From NCBI RefSeq assembly GCF_025526975.1, contig NW_026515674.1, forward strand, positions 930,001 to 994,000: DNA of 64,000 nt. The letters run 5' to 3'. The position numbers and the translations under genes were made by a program. Shown here piece after piece: positions 12,522-25,406 of the stretch (its first letter is position 1; each line of letters begins with the position of its first letter). Under the pieces are notes generated by a model. That model saw only the letters and a program-made list of their open reading frames with translations. It searched no databases and had not been told where the DNA came from. This DNA comes from Fimicolochytrium jonesii. Lineage: Eukaryota.

Positions 12522-15482
12522 ATGGGGCGTGAAATCACCGCAATGACCGTGGAGGAGGAACTGGTGGGTTTTCAGTTATCGACGTTCTCCTGGAGGAGGT
12601 GGGCGGCTTACTAAAGGGAGGTTTCTACCAAAAGGTGCAGGACGTTGGCGGCTCCGCGGAGCTCGTGGCGCTATTCAGACAGGTGTCGTTCGGGGATTTC
12701 GAGGTGGAGGAGATGGAGAAGTTGATCGATGTTTCCGGCCTTGTGCCGTACCAGGTGAGTTGCAGGAGGGCGGAACCTGGCGGGGGAGTTTAGGGATATC
12801 GTTAGGCGGAGGTCCATCGTCAGATCAATGTCTGATTGTGATGATCTATCAATCCCCTTCTCAGACGTACTGGCAGTCTCCGGTGCCGAAAGTGACGACC
12901 AGCATGCTTTTCGGCAGTATTTCGGTGAACTGCAGCGCGGAGGTCCTTGCGTCGACGCCCACGTTCGAGACACCGGTGTTCATTGGGGGATCCGGACCCA
13001 TCAGCCCGCCGCCCCTCCCTGAGTACCACCTATTTGCAAGCTTACGTCGACTCTCGGGAAGCCGTGCGGCCGGCAATGAAGAACACGCTGAAGCCGTCGC
13101 TGTACGGGAAAAAGACAAGCCGGAGACCGACAACGCCGGTGTGGAAACCGTCGCTACGCCCAGCAATGACGGCGGCGGTCTGGCACCCGCCCCCGCAGAG
13201 AGCGAACCACCCTCACTGGAGGAGAGCATTCCCAAGGTCGAACGTGGAGAGGCTACCGTACCCGCAGAGCAACCCTCTCGGTCTTCTTCCCATATGAAAA
13301 CGCCAAAGACTGAAGCCACCGCGGTACCAGCACCTCCCAAGAGTCCGTCGGCTCGTTCGGAACCCCAACCCAAGAGTCCACTCAAAGCACACACAAATGG
13401 GTCTCCCACCCGTCGGAAACATAAGCGCAAATCTCAGCACACCAGCCCCATACAAACTGAGGCGAAAGTCGCCGCGACGGCAGCTGAGCCTACCTCAACC
13501 GCAAAGAGTTCAGAGACGCCCATCCCCAATGGCGTCAACGGAGTACATACCCACGATCTCGAACCCCAGACACCACCACCAGACGTCAAGCCATCCCAAT
13601 CACAAACGCCCCCCGCACGCTCCCCATCACCGAAAAAACTGTTTGTCGATACCACTACCACTCCTGCACCACCACCAGCTACTATCATTTCACCCGTGCC
13701 GTCAAGTCCAACGAAGTCTTCAAGCAGTGGTTCGGAGCCAGAACTTAAGAGCCCCGCGCCGACTGCTCCGAAGCGATGGGCTGACCTTATCAAAACCCCA
13801 GCGAGTGCGGCTGCGACGCCGATTGCAAATGGGCGCGTGACAAAGGTCGCACCGATGAAGGCGGCGTTACCCAAGAAGAGCATTGGTGGTGAGTCGTCAC
13901 ACATGCAGCTTGATACGCCTTGCTCTCCGCATAATGATCGTCGTATGCTGACCGTCCTTTCTTGTCATTCTCTAGCCATCATCGCAGACATAGGTGTATC
14001 ATACCAGACGCACCTTGTGCATCCCAGGGGACTCATCAACCGTGGAAACCTGTGTTTTATCAACGCGATTCTCCAGCCTCTGTTACACACCGCACCATTC
14101 TACAATGCGTTCCGAAAGCTGTTGCTGGAAACTACGCCCAAGATGATCACCTCTGCACCGTTGCTGGATGCCATGTACGTGTCGTGACACTCGTCATCAT
14201 CTTCACAACTTTCTACAAGGGCGACTCACAGTGGTCGATTTTCATCCCCTCATCTAGGCTGAGATTCTGGGCTGAATTCCACGAGGACACCCCCGGATCC
14301 AAACTCCAGCTCACCGAAGGCGACGACCCGACGGCCTTTGCGCCCGAGTACGTGTATACCGCGGTCAGGAAACTCAGGAAAATCGACGCCCAGCAGAAGG
14401 TTAGTCATCCTTCCCCCCCCCCCCCCCCCCCCCCCCCCCCCTTCATCAATCATCATTCCGGATAGCTCACGTTCATGGTGCCGAATGTAGGGGCGTCAAG
14501 AAGATGCTGAGGAATTTCTGGGATTCATTATAGACGGCTTACATGAGGAGCTGGTGTCGCTCCAAAAGGAAGAGGGGAGTGCGGAGGCGAAGAGCCCCGA
14601 CTCGGACGGGAGTTGGGTGGAGGTAGGGAAGACGGGAAAAAATCTCGTCACGCGGAACGTAAGTCACAAAACGACACAAAATTCAGCAGGATTGATCACC
14701 ATTGCGATTTTGCTGATATGGGTTGTGGGTTGATGATTAGGTGCGTGTGGAGACAAGTCCAGTGAATGCGATCTTTGGGGGCCGCCTACGATCCGTAGTA
14801 AAGTGTCCTGGGCGGAAGGACAGCGTGACTACCGAACCATTCCAGGCGCTTCAGCTGGACATTGCGGTACGTGAACATCTCCCCCTCCCCTTTCCATTCA
14901 TCGTCCATAAGCATCTCAACCCCATATGAATACCCTCCAGCCCAATCATGTCCATACAATATCGGACGCATTACAACACCTCCATGCCCTGGAGACCCTG
15001 GAGGGCTTCACATCCCCCACGAAATCAAACCGGCTTGGGACAGCAACGAAGCAGAATTTCTTGGAAGTCCTACCCCCCGTGTTGATTCTGCACTTGAAGC
15101 GTTTTGTATATGATGCTGATAAGGGGGTTGGGAAGCTGGGGAAGTTCGTGGGGTACGATTCTGTTCTCAGGATACCAACTGGTAAGACAAACCCACACGC
15201 CTCTGCCGTCATCCACCCCTAACCCCTTTTCTCACGATCATAGAACTCATGCCCGCCCCCCTGCGGCCAACTGCAAAACACATCGAGTACCGACTCACCG
15301 CCGTCGTCTACCACCACGGCGCCCACGCCGCGGGAGGCCACTACACGTGCGACGTCTCGCGCCAGGCCGGCGGGGAGTGGCTGCGGGTCGACGATGCGGC
15401 GGTCGGGAGCGTGCCGGAACGCGAGGTCGTCGGCCGCAAAGAGGGTCGGGACGCCTATCTGCTGTTCTACACGCGGACGTGA
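12522..15482 (+). CDS. UBP3: Ubiquitin carboxyl-terminal hydrolase, UBP3/USP10-like; multi-exon
   Basis: Cys box GLINRGNLCFINAILQPL, GRQEDAEEFL, His box YHHGAHAAGGHYTCDV, WLRVDD, and a long disordered N-terminus. The start exon is tentative. Confidence 0.85.
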
Positions 15483-16178
15483 TGAGCGGAATCTCGAGAT
15501 GCATCCCCCCCCCATCTGCATTCAAACCCGTCCTTCGGATACCGACTCACCCGATACACACCCCATTCATTTGATCCCCCCCCCCCCCCCCCCCCCCACA
15601 GTTTTGACACCCGCCCCCCGCTGCTAGTCTGCATAGGAGAATTCTTGCTGCATCACCCCCACCCCACAACCCACCCACGTCGTTTTAGTTCATTCGTTTC
15701 CGTAGCCCCCCCCACCACCCACACTTTTTCAAAGCATGCCTCCAACGATTATATATTTTTTTTGTCTTGCTGTTTTTTTGTTTTGCATAGATTGAGAGTC
15801 GGGTTATGTCCCTTCATTTGGTGGCGGGTGAGAAATGGGTGGGTGGGTGACCTCTTTGGGGGTGGAATGGGACCTCGTGACCGGCTTTCAAAACGTATGC
15901 CCGGCCCCCCGCCCCCCTGATCATCCATTCCAAACGTAAAACGTAGGCAGCGAAACAGCTGAGGATGCAAATACAAAACGGATGATCTTTAATTTACAGG
16001 CGACACAAAACAAAAGGGGAATTGTACGGAAATCACTACGGGAGTGCTGCGTTTGCCAGACCGCGGTGGTCTGATGAGTGAATGTGGTGTGTGTGTGTGT
16101 GAATGTATCCATACGACGGAGAGACCCGCACATATCCCTCCGACGCTAACGACGCTGGATGGGATGATACGCAGACGT

Positions 16179-17557
16179 TCAAGCAGCGGCGTTCTTCTCG
16201 TCCCCGCCGACCGGGTCAGCAACCCCGATGGGCTCCGACACCTCCGGGAACGCGTACTCGATCCCGGCCTCCGCCATCCGCGCGCGTTTGGCGTCTTGCC
16301 GGTCGTGGTAGCGTTTGACGGTTGTTCTGTAGGATTCTGCTGTTTTTGGCTGGCAGATTCAAGATGGGGGTTTAGTATAGGGATGATGGAACAGGATAAG
16401 TGGTTTTTTTTTGACGCACCTTGTTGTGCAGCTCCCGCTGGATCTTGACCCGCGGAATCGGCTTGTACTTCTTGTTCGCGCCTTTCCAGATGTCCGGGTG
16501 GAGTTTGTCGGAGGGTACGAATTTGCCTGTGTTAAGATATGCCAAAAGTACCACACGTCAGCCCCGACCGATGGTGTGATTTTGTTTTCGTAACGTACAT
16601 TGTAATATGCAGTTGAAGAGCAGGTATCCGTCCATCGTTTCGGCGGCGATCTTGGCGGCGTCCTCCGATGCGAATTCGATGAAGGCGAAGTGTTTGGATG
16701 CGCCGGTCTGCGGGGGAGAGAGGAGACAGGGGTGAATAATCGATCCCTGACGTTGGACGCATGTGAACGGATGAAGCGAAGCGGAGGATTGGATAGGCGA
16801 CAGTGGGTGGGGTGAACGATACCCCTGCTCGCTACCGCTCGCGACAAGTATGTTGGGCGACCAGCAAAAACGACCGCTCGCTGTCGCTCACATTTACTCC
16901 TCGCTTTCGCTCGCTACAATTGCGCCTACGGCGCCCTCCGCCCCGCCCTTGCTATCGCTCCACCTGCACCCGCTATCCCTCTGGCCAAAAAACCCACCTT
17001 CTTATTCCTGGAAAGCCTCAACCTCGTAACATCCCCAAACTGGGTAAAATATCCCCTCATCTCGTCCTCATAGAACCCATGGGGAATGCGTCCCAAATAC
17101 ACAGCGCCCGTTTTTGTCTTCACCGACGCCGCCGCTTTGGCCGCCGCCGCGGCTTTCTTAGCCTTCTTTGTCTTTTTTATCGGGTTCCCGTCCGCATCTA
17201 CTTGCGCGGCCTCTTCCTCTTCCCGTGCTAGCTGCTCGCGCTGCTCTTCGCTGAGGAGGACGAGGGGTTTGTTGCGTTGGAATTCGTCCCCTTTTTGGGA
17301 GGACTTCTTGCCGGTGGTGGTCGGGGGTGCTTGGGCTTCGTCGTCTGAAGAGTCGACGTCTGCGTTGATATGAGAAACACACACCATTCATTTAGTAAGG
17401 GACTCGTTGTTTGTGGTCGCTCCAATGGCCATGGCTCTGGATAAATGGGCAGGCGCCACAGTACGACGCCAGCAGCGAAAGGAAAAGCGACTGGTTCGCT
17501 GACTTTCTCAGGAGACTACTAACCTTCCTCAACGGGCCTCTTTTCCGCCTTGCTCAT
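16179..17557 (-). CDS. NOP15: Nucleolar RRM protein NOP15/NIFK; 5 exons
   Basis: [61 protein letters not shown] and terminal AGIEYAFP. Introns include 17360-17523 and 16708-16997. Confidence 0.92.
16708..16997 (-). repeat. Long intron carrying the GCGAGC-hairpin repeat family (copy 2)
   Basis: Minus-strand core caacatacttgtcgcgagcggtagcgagcagg (16824-16855) differs from copy 1 by one substitution and one indel. Also carries gtgagcgacagcgagcg, shared with copy 3. Confidence 0.8.
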
Positions 17558-18147
17558 GGTTATGCTTTGGCGGGGTGGGTTGTGTGGGAGCGAGTTGTGT
17601 TTGCCTGAATTGCTCTGGAATGTCCGTCTATCTTTCAAGCGTCCTCAGTTGGCAGCGTTTTTGGAAATGGGATTTTCGCTCGTTGTGTTCGTCTGTTCGT
17701 GTCGCCCCCCTCGCGCATCCGTTTTATTGGGCCCGCCGATCATGCCATGCACAGTCACGTGAGCAGTCTCCAATTGAAGGAGCGAGCTTGTCTTATGCCC
17801 CGTCCCGCTTGCTTGCAGGCTTCCAACGCGTGCAGCATCTCTGTCGGAACTCCTATGGCGAAAACCCGGCTGGCAAAGGTTCCAGCATTTTACACCCAGC
17901 CCCAAAGTGATCGTCTCCGTCCCACTCACTCCCAGTCCCACTTGGAACCCAGGCTCTCCACAGTAAGTAGGCAGCTTTCCGGTTTCCCTGACGCACGACC
18001 GGGGCCCAGGGCGAACACTTTGCCCGATAGTCATCTCTTATCTCTACAGCCAAGCAGGGGCCCTCACCACCACCACACCAGATCGCTCCCCGACACCCTT
18101 CCTCCCCGCCCACCGAGCCACCCAACCACCCCAGCCATGGGCGCGTC

Positions 18148-18780
18148 GCCAACCCCGCCCTCGCAGCAATACCCTCCTACTGTCTCTCCTCGATTCTCAT
18201 GACGGTTGCACTCAAACTTGTGTTGTCGAGTTATCAGTTCAAACTCAATTTCTTACTACTGGATGTTCAGTCACTTGTCTGTGTTGTTGATTTGGAGGCG
18301 TGTACGGCGTTTGGATTGGTGACGAGACGCGCTTTCAGAAAGAGTGATGCGCAGAAATGTACAGTACGTTTAAGTGGGAGGGAGGAGAAAGTGAGCGACA
18401 GCGAGCGATGGTGGCCTGTCTGCAACGGGCGAAGCGAGGTGCAGGGTTGGTTCGGTCTGGCAGACCGATAGGTCGACCAGAGCGAACGCCTTCTGGTTTC
18501 AGGACGGGGGCCCGAGCGATAGCGAGCTGCGACCGAAGGGAGCGATCTGGGTAACCTCGCTGCGGGAGTTATAATCATCTCGTTGACGGTTGATGGTGCA
18601 TGGTGGATGGTGGATGGTTGATGGCTCGCTATCGCTCACACTCGTTTCCATCGGCCAATTATCACCGTCTATGGTCGCTTCACTTCACTCATCCATCTCC
18701 CATTCCCCACAGGGTTCATCGTCTCCTTCTCCCTCGCGGCCATGATCTACACCGGCTCCAAAGCCCTTCAATACCTCGGC
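18148..18780 (+). pseudogene. Truncated, degenerate Golgi GDP-mannose transporter (VRG4/GONST-like) fragment
   Basis: ANPALAAIPSYCLSSILMTVALK...LNFLLLDVQSLVCV...AQK|WFIVSFSLAAMIYTGSKALQYLG matches the VRG4 N-terminal third. Similarity then stops abruptly, and there are charged substitutions in TM segments. Confidence 0.75.
18359..18712 (+). repeat. Long intron carrying the GCGAGC-hairpin repeat family (copy 3), with an internal inverted repeat
   Basis: gtgagcgacagcgagcg (18391-18407), ccgagcgatagcgagc (18512-18527), gcgaccgaagggagc (18529-18543), inverted gctcgctatcgctcac (18624-18639) and tcgcttcacttca (18675-18687). Confidence 0.75.
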
Positions 18781-19285
18781 ATGCTTTCACGCGACAATAA
18801 CAACAACTGGACTCGGGCATTTCGAGTCTTCGACGGCAAGCAAACAACGGCGGGGGACTGCTGGCGAGAAGAACGGCCGAGACGAGACTTCACAACGGAA
18901 TCATCTTCTTCTCGGAGCTTGGCGTAGGTGTCCTCCGTGCTGTCTGTCTTCAACGCAGAGGAGCCGTCGACACGAAACGGATACCAAACTTCATACGGAG
19001 CAGCAGCGAAACGGGTGACAGTTCCAAACTGCTTTTTGTCGCAAATGTGAGGGGGAAATCAAACGATAGTTATCCCAGGTGCGTTGTGAAGAATCATTTG
19101 AGTTATGCATAAGCGAGATGGATTCTATTGCTCATATATGTATTTGAAATCTAGGATGTTCTAAGAACTATGTGGAACGGAATAAATTACTATAGCGGGA
19201 TGGGGAAGACCAAAATCATGCCGTCTAAATCTAATGTGCGGTAAGAGGTAAAAGGCGACCAATCTAGCGTGGAGGTCTACAAACT

Positions 19286-20785
19286 CTAAGCCTTGGTCCA
19301 AAGCTTGTTAAGCGCAACAAAGCTCGCATCAGTCACAGCCGGGGTCGATTTGTCCCCCTTGATGAACGCATTCACGTTCCTCGCAAGGATGCTCAACAAG
19401 CGAGCGTGCAGGGCCGACTCCTCCGCGGTCCTGGGGCGGACATCATCCGCCGCCTCGGTGAAAGTCAACGCGTTCTGGGAGACGTATCCGGCAGCGTTAA
19501 CAGCCGCGACGAATTTCTCAGCGTACTCCTCGTCGGCGCGGATCTTGGCGACCTGCTTGGGCGTAAACTTCATCTGCTGCAACCACGCGTCAGTGAGCGG
19601 GACCGTGGAGCGGAGACGGAGCTTGTCGTCACGGTCGGAGGGGTTGGGTGTGATCGCCTGGGCAGCCGCAAGGGTGGCGGTGACGTTGGCGGGGGCGGCG
19701 CGGCGGGCGTTACGTGCAGACAGAGCGGCCTTGTTGTTGAAAGCAACCGAGTTGGGCGCGACGGAGTTGGAGAACTTGTAGCAAAGGATATCTCCGGACG
19801 TGGTCGAAAACACCTTGTTGACGGGGATGTCGGGGTACAGGCCACCGAACGGCATCATATCGGTCGCTTTCGCATCCATCGCCTCCGACGCCGGGTTCGA
19901 CGGGCCGTTGTAGGTGGCGGCGAGGGTCGGGTTGGCCGTCTGCCACCTCGCCCAGGTCCTGTCGACATTGTTGTGGTGGAGGAAAAAGAGCACATCGTTG
20001 GGGCTGATGTTGGTGTACCCCATGTCGCCACCCATGGTGGCGTGCACGCGGTTGTGCGGGCCGAACTCGAGGTTCTCACGGAAAGTGTTGTAAGAATCCT
20101 TGGACGTATCCAACAGATTCTGCACAAACGGCGCAGAAGCAAGCGACGGGAACTGTTTCCCAAAGCTCGAGCCGCCGGACCATTTCCGGTGAATACAGTG
20201 CTTCCCACTCTCAACCACGAAAGTAGTCAACGTGTCCGCAAACTGTCCATCCGTAACACACCAGTTCGACGCCTGCTTCCCGTTCCCGCCGAACCACTGC
20301 GCGGAAAACAACTCGGACCTCTCGGGAGCCTGCGAATCGATCGTCCAGTCCCAGTACGGCAACGCCCCCTGGTACCCGCACTGCGCGCGCAACCAGTACT
20401 CCATCAACGCCAGCATCTGGCGATGCCACGGGAGGAACTGCGCGCTGCGGTGCGTGACGTCCGCGAACTGCCCGTGCAGGAAGACAAGGTCGTCGTACAT
20501 GGTGGGCGACTTGTTGGTCTTGATCACCGACGGGGAGCGTTTGGGGTCACGGAGGCATTTGACGGCGTCGATGAAGGATTGGCGTTCAGTAGGGTTCAGT
20601 TCGCGGAACTCTTTGCGGATCAACGGGTTCGTGCAGGTGCCCTGGCCGGAGAAGGTTTTGGTCTTGACACCCGTGGTGGGGGCGACGGTCGGCGTGGCGA
20701 CGGGGGTCTTGGTGGAGGTGGAGCTTTGAGCCAGGACGGCGGGGGCAACGGCCAGGATGGCGATGGCGGCTTTGATGATCTGCAT
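19286..20785 (-). CDS. Secreted tyrosinase / type-3 dicopper oxidase, intronless
   Basis: Signal peptide, RKEFREL, CuA H...H...FLPWHR, PYWDW, and CuB HNRVH...SPNDVLFFLHHNNVD. Confidence 0.93.
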   Translation of the reverse strand: MQIIKAAIAILAVAPAVLAQSSTSTKTPVATPTVAPTTGVKTKTFSGQGTCTNPLIRKEFRELNPTERQSFIDAVKCLRDPKRSPSVIKTNKSPTMYDDLVFLHGQFADVTHRSAQFLPWHRQMLALMEYWLRAQCGYQGALPYWDWTIDSQAPERSELFSAQWFGGNGKQASNWCVTDGQFADTLTTFVVESGKHCIHRKWSGGSSFGKQFPSLASAPFVQNLLDTSKDSYNTFRENLEFGPHNRVHATMGGDMGYTNISPNDVLFFLHHNNVDRTWARWQTANPTLAATYNGPSNPASEAMDAKATDMMPFGGLYPDIPVNKVFSTTSGDILCYKFSNSVAPNSVAFNNKAALSARNARRAAPANVTATLAAAQAITPNPSDRDDKLRLRSTVPLTDAWLQQMKFTPKQVAKIRADEEYAEKFVAAVNAAGYVSQNALTFTEAADDVRPRTAEESALHARLLSILARNVNAFIKGDKSTPAVTDASFVALNKLWTKA

Positions 20786-23700
20786 CTTGTGGGAGGGTTT
20801 CCTTGGATGAGGAGAGGATGAGGAGGATGGAGCTGTGGAGGTGGTGAGGAATTTGGGAAGGGGCGGTGGACACCCTCGCTATTTATGCGTTTTCCGGGAG
20901 GGCCCTTCTCGACGACTCATGTGAGCGGGGACATGTTCCCCACACCCGTACGAGCAAGCATCTCCCCGCACGACTGCAAAACAAAAGTCGCAAGGACGCA
21001 AACCATAGCATCGCCGATGTGGGGAAATGCGAGCAAAAATAACGAAACTTCATTTCAGAGAATAAGAAAAAAGAAAGGGCCTTCAGCAGAGCACGCGGGC
21101 ATACAAAGAAGGCAAACTGGGAGACGAAGAAGAAAAAAATCGTGCAGCGCGGACAACCGCGGACGAGGAAAATCAAGGAGAGAGCAGACGGGGACTGGCA
21201 TGTTCGATATGGTCAGGTCTAGGAAATAGCAGCATGGCGTGTAGGCAGACGAGGCAGTATGAGAAGGCAATTCTGCGTGTCAAGTGACGCGGGCTAGGCC
21301 CGGCCTTGCCCCGCTGAAAGAGGAAAAGAGAGAAAACCGGTATTGAAAGTATATCGGAATATTGCAGGACTGTGAGGCAGTGAAGGGGAGGCATAACAAG
21401 GAGAAGGCAATTTTTGCGTTTAAGCTTGCTCGGCCGCGGGGAGGCGTGCGTGGCCGATGTGATGTCCGATGCTCCGAGCTGATGAGCGAAAAAGCTGAGC
21501 ATTCGCCAGCAAATCCGCGAGGAAAGGCATTTCTGCGTCGAGCGAAAAGTCTGTCAAGCTGAGCCAACGGAGAAGATAGAGGCTCGAGCGGGAAAACGAA
21601 ACGATTATGGGACAGCAGCTTTTTTTTGTGTTAGAAGTAGCCGCGGGGTGGCGTGTGCGCTGCCGTAGCGATGACGATGATGTGCCGGGGAGCTGAACGT
21701 AAATGCATGGCCGCCAGGCAGCATAGAGCAAGAACATGAACATGAACGTCAGAAAGGCAACGATTCACCGGTACGTCTGCCCATGCGGGCATGCAAAACA
21801 GGGAGACAGAGCCCAGCCAAGCCCAGGCCTGCCATTTTCCCCTTTCGGCAGTTCCCCTTACGAGTAGTTTGGTCCCAGCTTGAGAATTTGGGAGTGTCGC
21901 GTGGGGTATCGGGGCGTATGTGTGGGGTAACCATCAATTCTCATCAATCTCAGGTATGACAGCCATATATAATAATGTTATATGTTCCGCTTACTATTCT
22001 GTTTTCAAGTTCCCGTCTTTTTTTTTGGGGGAGTTTGGGGATGCAAAAAACCGCATGCGTTTCTGCCTTGTCTGTCAAGGGAACGAAGGAAAGGAAAGGA
22101 AAGGATGCCCACGCTGTCAAAAAAGCGGCAAAGGGTGGCGCGCGGTCAATTCGCGTCCCCGGTGCTCGGGTCTTTTTCTCTGGAAAGGAAAACAATGCTG
22201 AGGCGGACAATCGGGAAGCTTAATCTGCTTTTTGAAAAGTTCGGTTTTCTTTCGGCCAGCTGTTCGTCGGTCGCTAGACCCCGCGGTGAGCGGACGAGAA
22301 CCTCTCAGCTCCTCGTAGCGTGTCAAAAAAGCAGCATGTCCCAGCCCCGTTTCACATCGGGTCCAGAACGTGAAAAAAGTCGACAGCCATACCAAACGGT
22401 ATAGCCAGCTGCTTTTCTTTTCTTTCGGTCAGCGACTCAGCGTTAATCTGAAAGCTGTTCATCGCTTCACGGTTTTTCGACCTTCCATAATCGTGGTCCA
22501 CGTCATGGACTAGGTCACTAGATCCCGAAAGCCACGGTCCGGCTGAGAAGCTCCTTGCGGTCCAAGTGGTGCTTATGCTTGTTCGCGACTCACCCCCAAG
22601 ATTTTTTTGACGAGCAATTTTGCTCGCGGACCGGAGTCACCGGACCCGCATCGATCGTGGCCGGGGGTGAGATTCTGCACGAGCTATGCATACTCGTCGG
22701 AGCACATGGACAGTTTACATCGCCCATCGACAATTTTTACACTCTCCGCACCGGTCGAGGCCAACCAAGCCTTGCTGCAAGCCACGTTGGGAAGCCCGCA
22801 AACCCGGGGTGGCACCCTCCGTTCAAAAACGACGAACGTTCGGCAAATGGGATAAAAAAAGCTGAGAGACCAGTGGCTTGGGGAGCCAACTTTCGTTTTT
22901 TCGATGGTTGAGAATCAAATGTACAGTCAGGCGAGTTTAAGTCAGTGTCCCCCCGACGCGCCTCTCTGCCATGTGAAACGGTCATTGAATTCAATTAGAC
23001 GGAGAGACAGCTTTATGCCCCTTGACTGTAAATAGCCATGCGGCCGGAGCGTGGGGTAGGTTGTGGGGTAGATACAATGCCACGGAAGGGCCCAAAAGTT
23101 CGAGGTGACCTTTCGTAGGCGAGTCAAGCACCCTCGCATGAACAGCAAAGTGCCCGAGACGCCCATGCAAGCCCAGTCCTGCACATGCAGGTTCGCGAAA
23201 AGTGGCGGAACCACTCTTCATCGAATACTCGACAAGGTACGCTTCCCGAAAACGAAAACACAGGATGGGACAGGCATGCGGCTTGAATGTGGGGTAATGG
23301 TATACGGCGGCGGAGACGATCGAACGTCCGGAATCTGCGATCAAGATAAGGCTTACCCACGCATGGATCATGCAGCAGAGCCGTGGGAGGCTTTGGGGCT
23401 TTGGGGAAAACATAAAAAAACCTCCTCGCTTGGAAAGCTCGAGATCCGGAAAAAGGAAAAAAAAAGCGTGGAGAAAACCGAGTACGAATGATTCCATCAA
23501 TCCCCCCCCCCCCCCCCCTGCCCGCCCCCCCCCCCCCCGCCCCCCCAGTGCCGTGTCGTGCTGAAAGTGGCCGGTTCTGAAAAGTCGTGCCGCTTCGCGC
23601 TGGCCCATGCATGCACACGTACGAATGAAAACGCAGCATCCACGCTAAGCAGTGCGCAATTGATATCCGTAAAAACGCAGACTTCAGAATCTGAAGCTAC

Positions 23701-25406
23701 TGTACCTTGCTTCCGCGGGAGCGAGCCCGACATCTAAGCTCTTTACCCGACTGTGTAACCACTTTGGTTTTCCTGCAGGCCTGCTGTCATGGCAATTGTC
23801 ACAAAAGGTCCATCGTCACCGAAAATCGCATTCTGTAGTTCGTGCTTGAACTCACTGGTTATGGCGCTTGGCGTTGATGTGGCGGATGGCCAGGGCTGCA
23901 ATCTGGCCTTTCCGGGGATAGCGCCAGTAAATCCTACTTGTGATGGCCTTCCTGCTAGACCTCTTCGTTTGCTGGGAACTCGAGCCGAGAATTTACACGC
24001 AAGGCGAGAAAAACGAGGAACACGCGTTGCGCTTACGTGATGCGCGTCGAGAAAATGATGTTACGAACGAGGTTTTATGGAGGTGTGCTGGGATAGTTAG
24101 AGAATGATAACGCCTCGATTATCCATTCTGATTGATGCGGTGAGTAAAGAGATTCGGTCAAGGGGAGCGCAGCTATGTCAGAAGGCCCGGGCGAGAGAGA
24201 CAGTCCAGCTGCGGTGCCGGCGACCGTCATCGGGTTATGCTCTCTACCTCCTTCTTCTTTCGCCTTATAAGCAGGATATGAGATTTTGAATACGCTTCCT
24301 AAGCTTATCCAGATGCTACGGATGTTTCGCCCTGCAGAGGTTTTGCTTATTTCGTCCCGTACATTTCGTGTGGGCCGCGACGCTATGTAAGACGGGGAAT
24401 ATGCCAGGACGCTGTACAGTTGTGCCGGGGCATAATATCAAAAGTCCGCCCGACAACGAGTCAACAATGATACTCTCCCAGAGTCACACCCGGCGTGTTG
24501 AACGGCTTGCGAGCGTTGCGGTGGTCATCAGAGTCTGCCAGGCGACGAATCTGATATTGACATCCACATCGGATTGAGGCTTTGGCGTCAGTCGTCAGGT
24601 CGAGACATGTCTCCGGGACTTCCGGCACGATCGGGACACTTGCTTCAAAGCCGATTCATAGGAGCATCAAGAAGATCGACAGATACCCAGTTCCGGGTGC
24701 GTGGGAGGCTTCTGTGCCGGCGTCCGGAGACTCCGGTCTAGACTCGATTCAATGGACGCTGTCATATACGCGCCACGCGCTACGAGTCTTACGACAATCT
24801 CGTTCGAGCGCGTCCATGGGATGGACATGGTCTACCGCAAGGTGTGAGGACTGCTGGGTGACAAAAGTAGACGGATCGGACATGCAACAGGGGCCAGGCC
24901 TGGCCTTGCGGGAGGCAGGCTGCTTGCTTTATATGTAGATCGATCGAGTCGTATCGGCAGCCCAGCGACGACCAAAGAAGAGACGACGGAGAAGCGAAAG
25001 ATACACAGAAGAGAGCCACGATGCTTCCCTTCGCAATTCTCAAACTCAAACTCACCGCATACTCGACGCAACAAACAGCGAGGAAGGAGAGTGAAAAGAA
25101 ACACCAGTGGGACCTACCGAATTTGTCTTCTCAAGATACGGCGAACGACACCCCCATTGCGTCCGGTTAAACAGTAACCGCCATTACCATTGCCGTGCCC
25201 GTCGACCTCTTCGCCCCCAGAAACTCAACAGTGCAAGAGAGTATCTCTTACCTTTGAACTTTGAACCAGGCCATAGAAGCGTTTCCGAGGAAGCCGGACT
25301 ATCATCAATCAATCCCTTAGCACTGCGCCTTCGGGAAGCTATCCGGCGCTTTCCTTTTGCTCACTCCCAGATATATGAACCGGGGAGAACTTCATCTTTC
25401 AGCAGT

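Noticed and set aside
19406..20821. 471-aa plus-strand ORF overlapping the tyrosinase
   Set aside because: Antisense shadow caused by GC-rich codon bias, with no domain features. The same applies to the long antisense ORFs over HUT1, the ARM gene, the cyclase and the CBM48 gene.
20900..25100. Many short ORFs in long intergenic regions (also 7600-9900 and 42200-44600)
   Set aside because: No coding-like composition, domains or transposase/RT motifs recognised.
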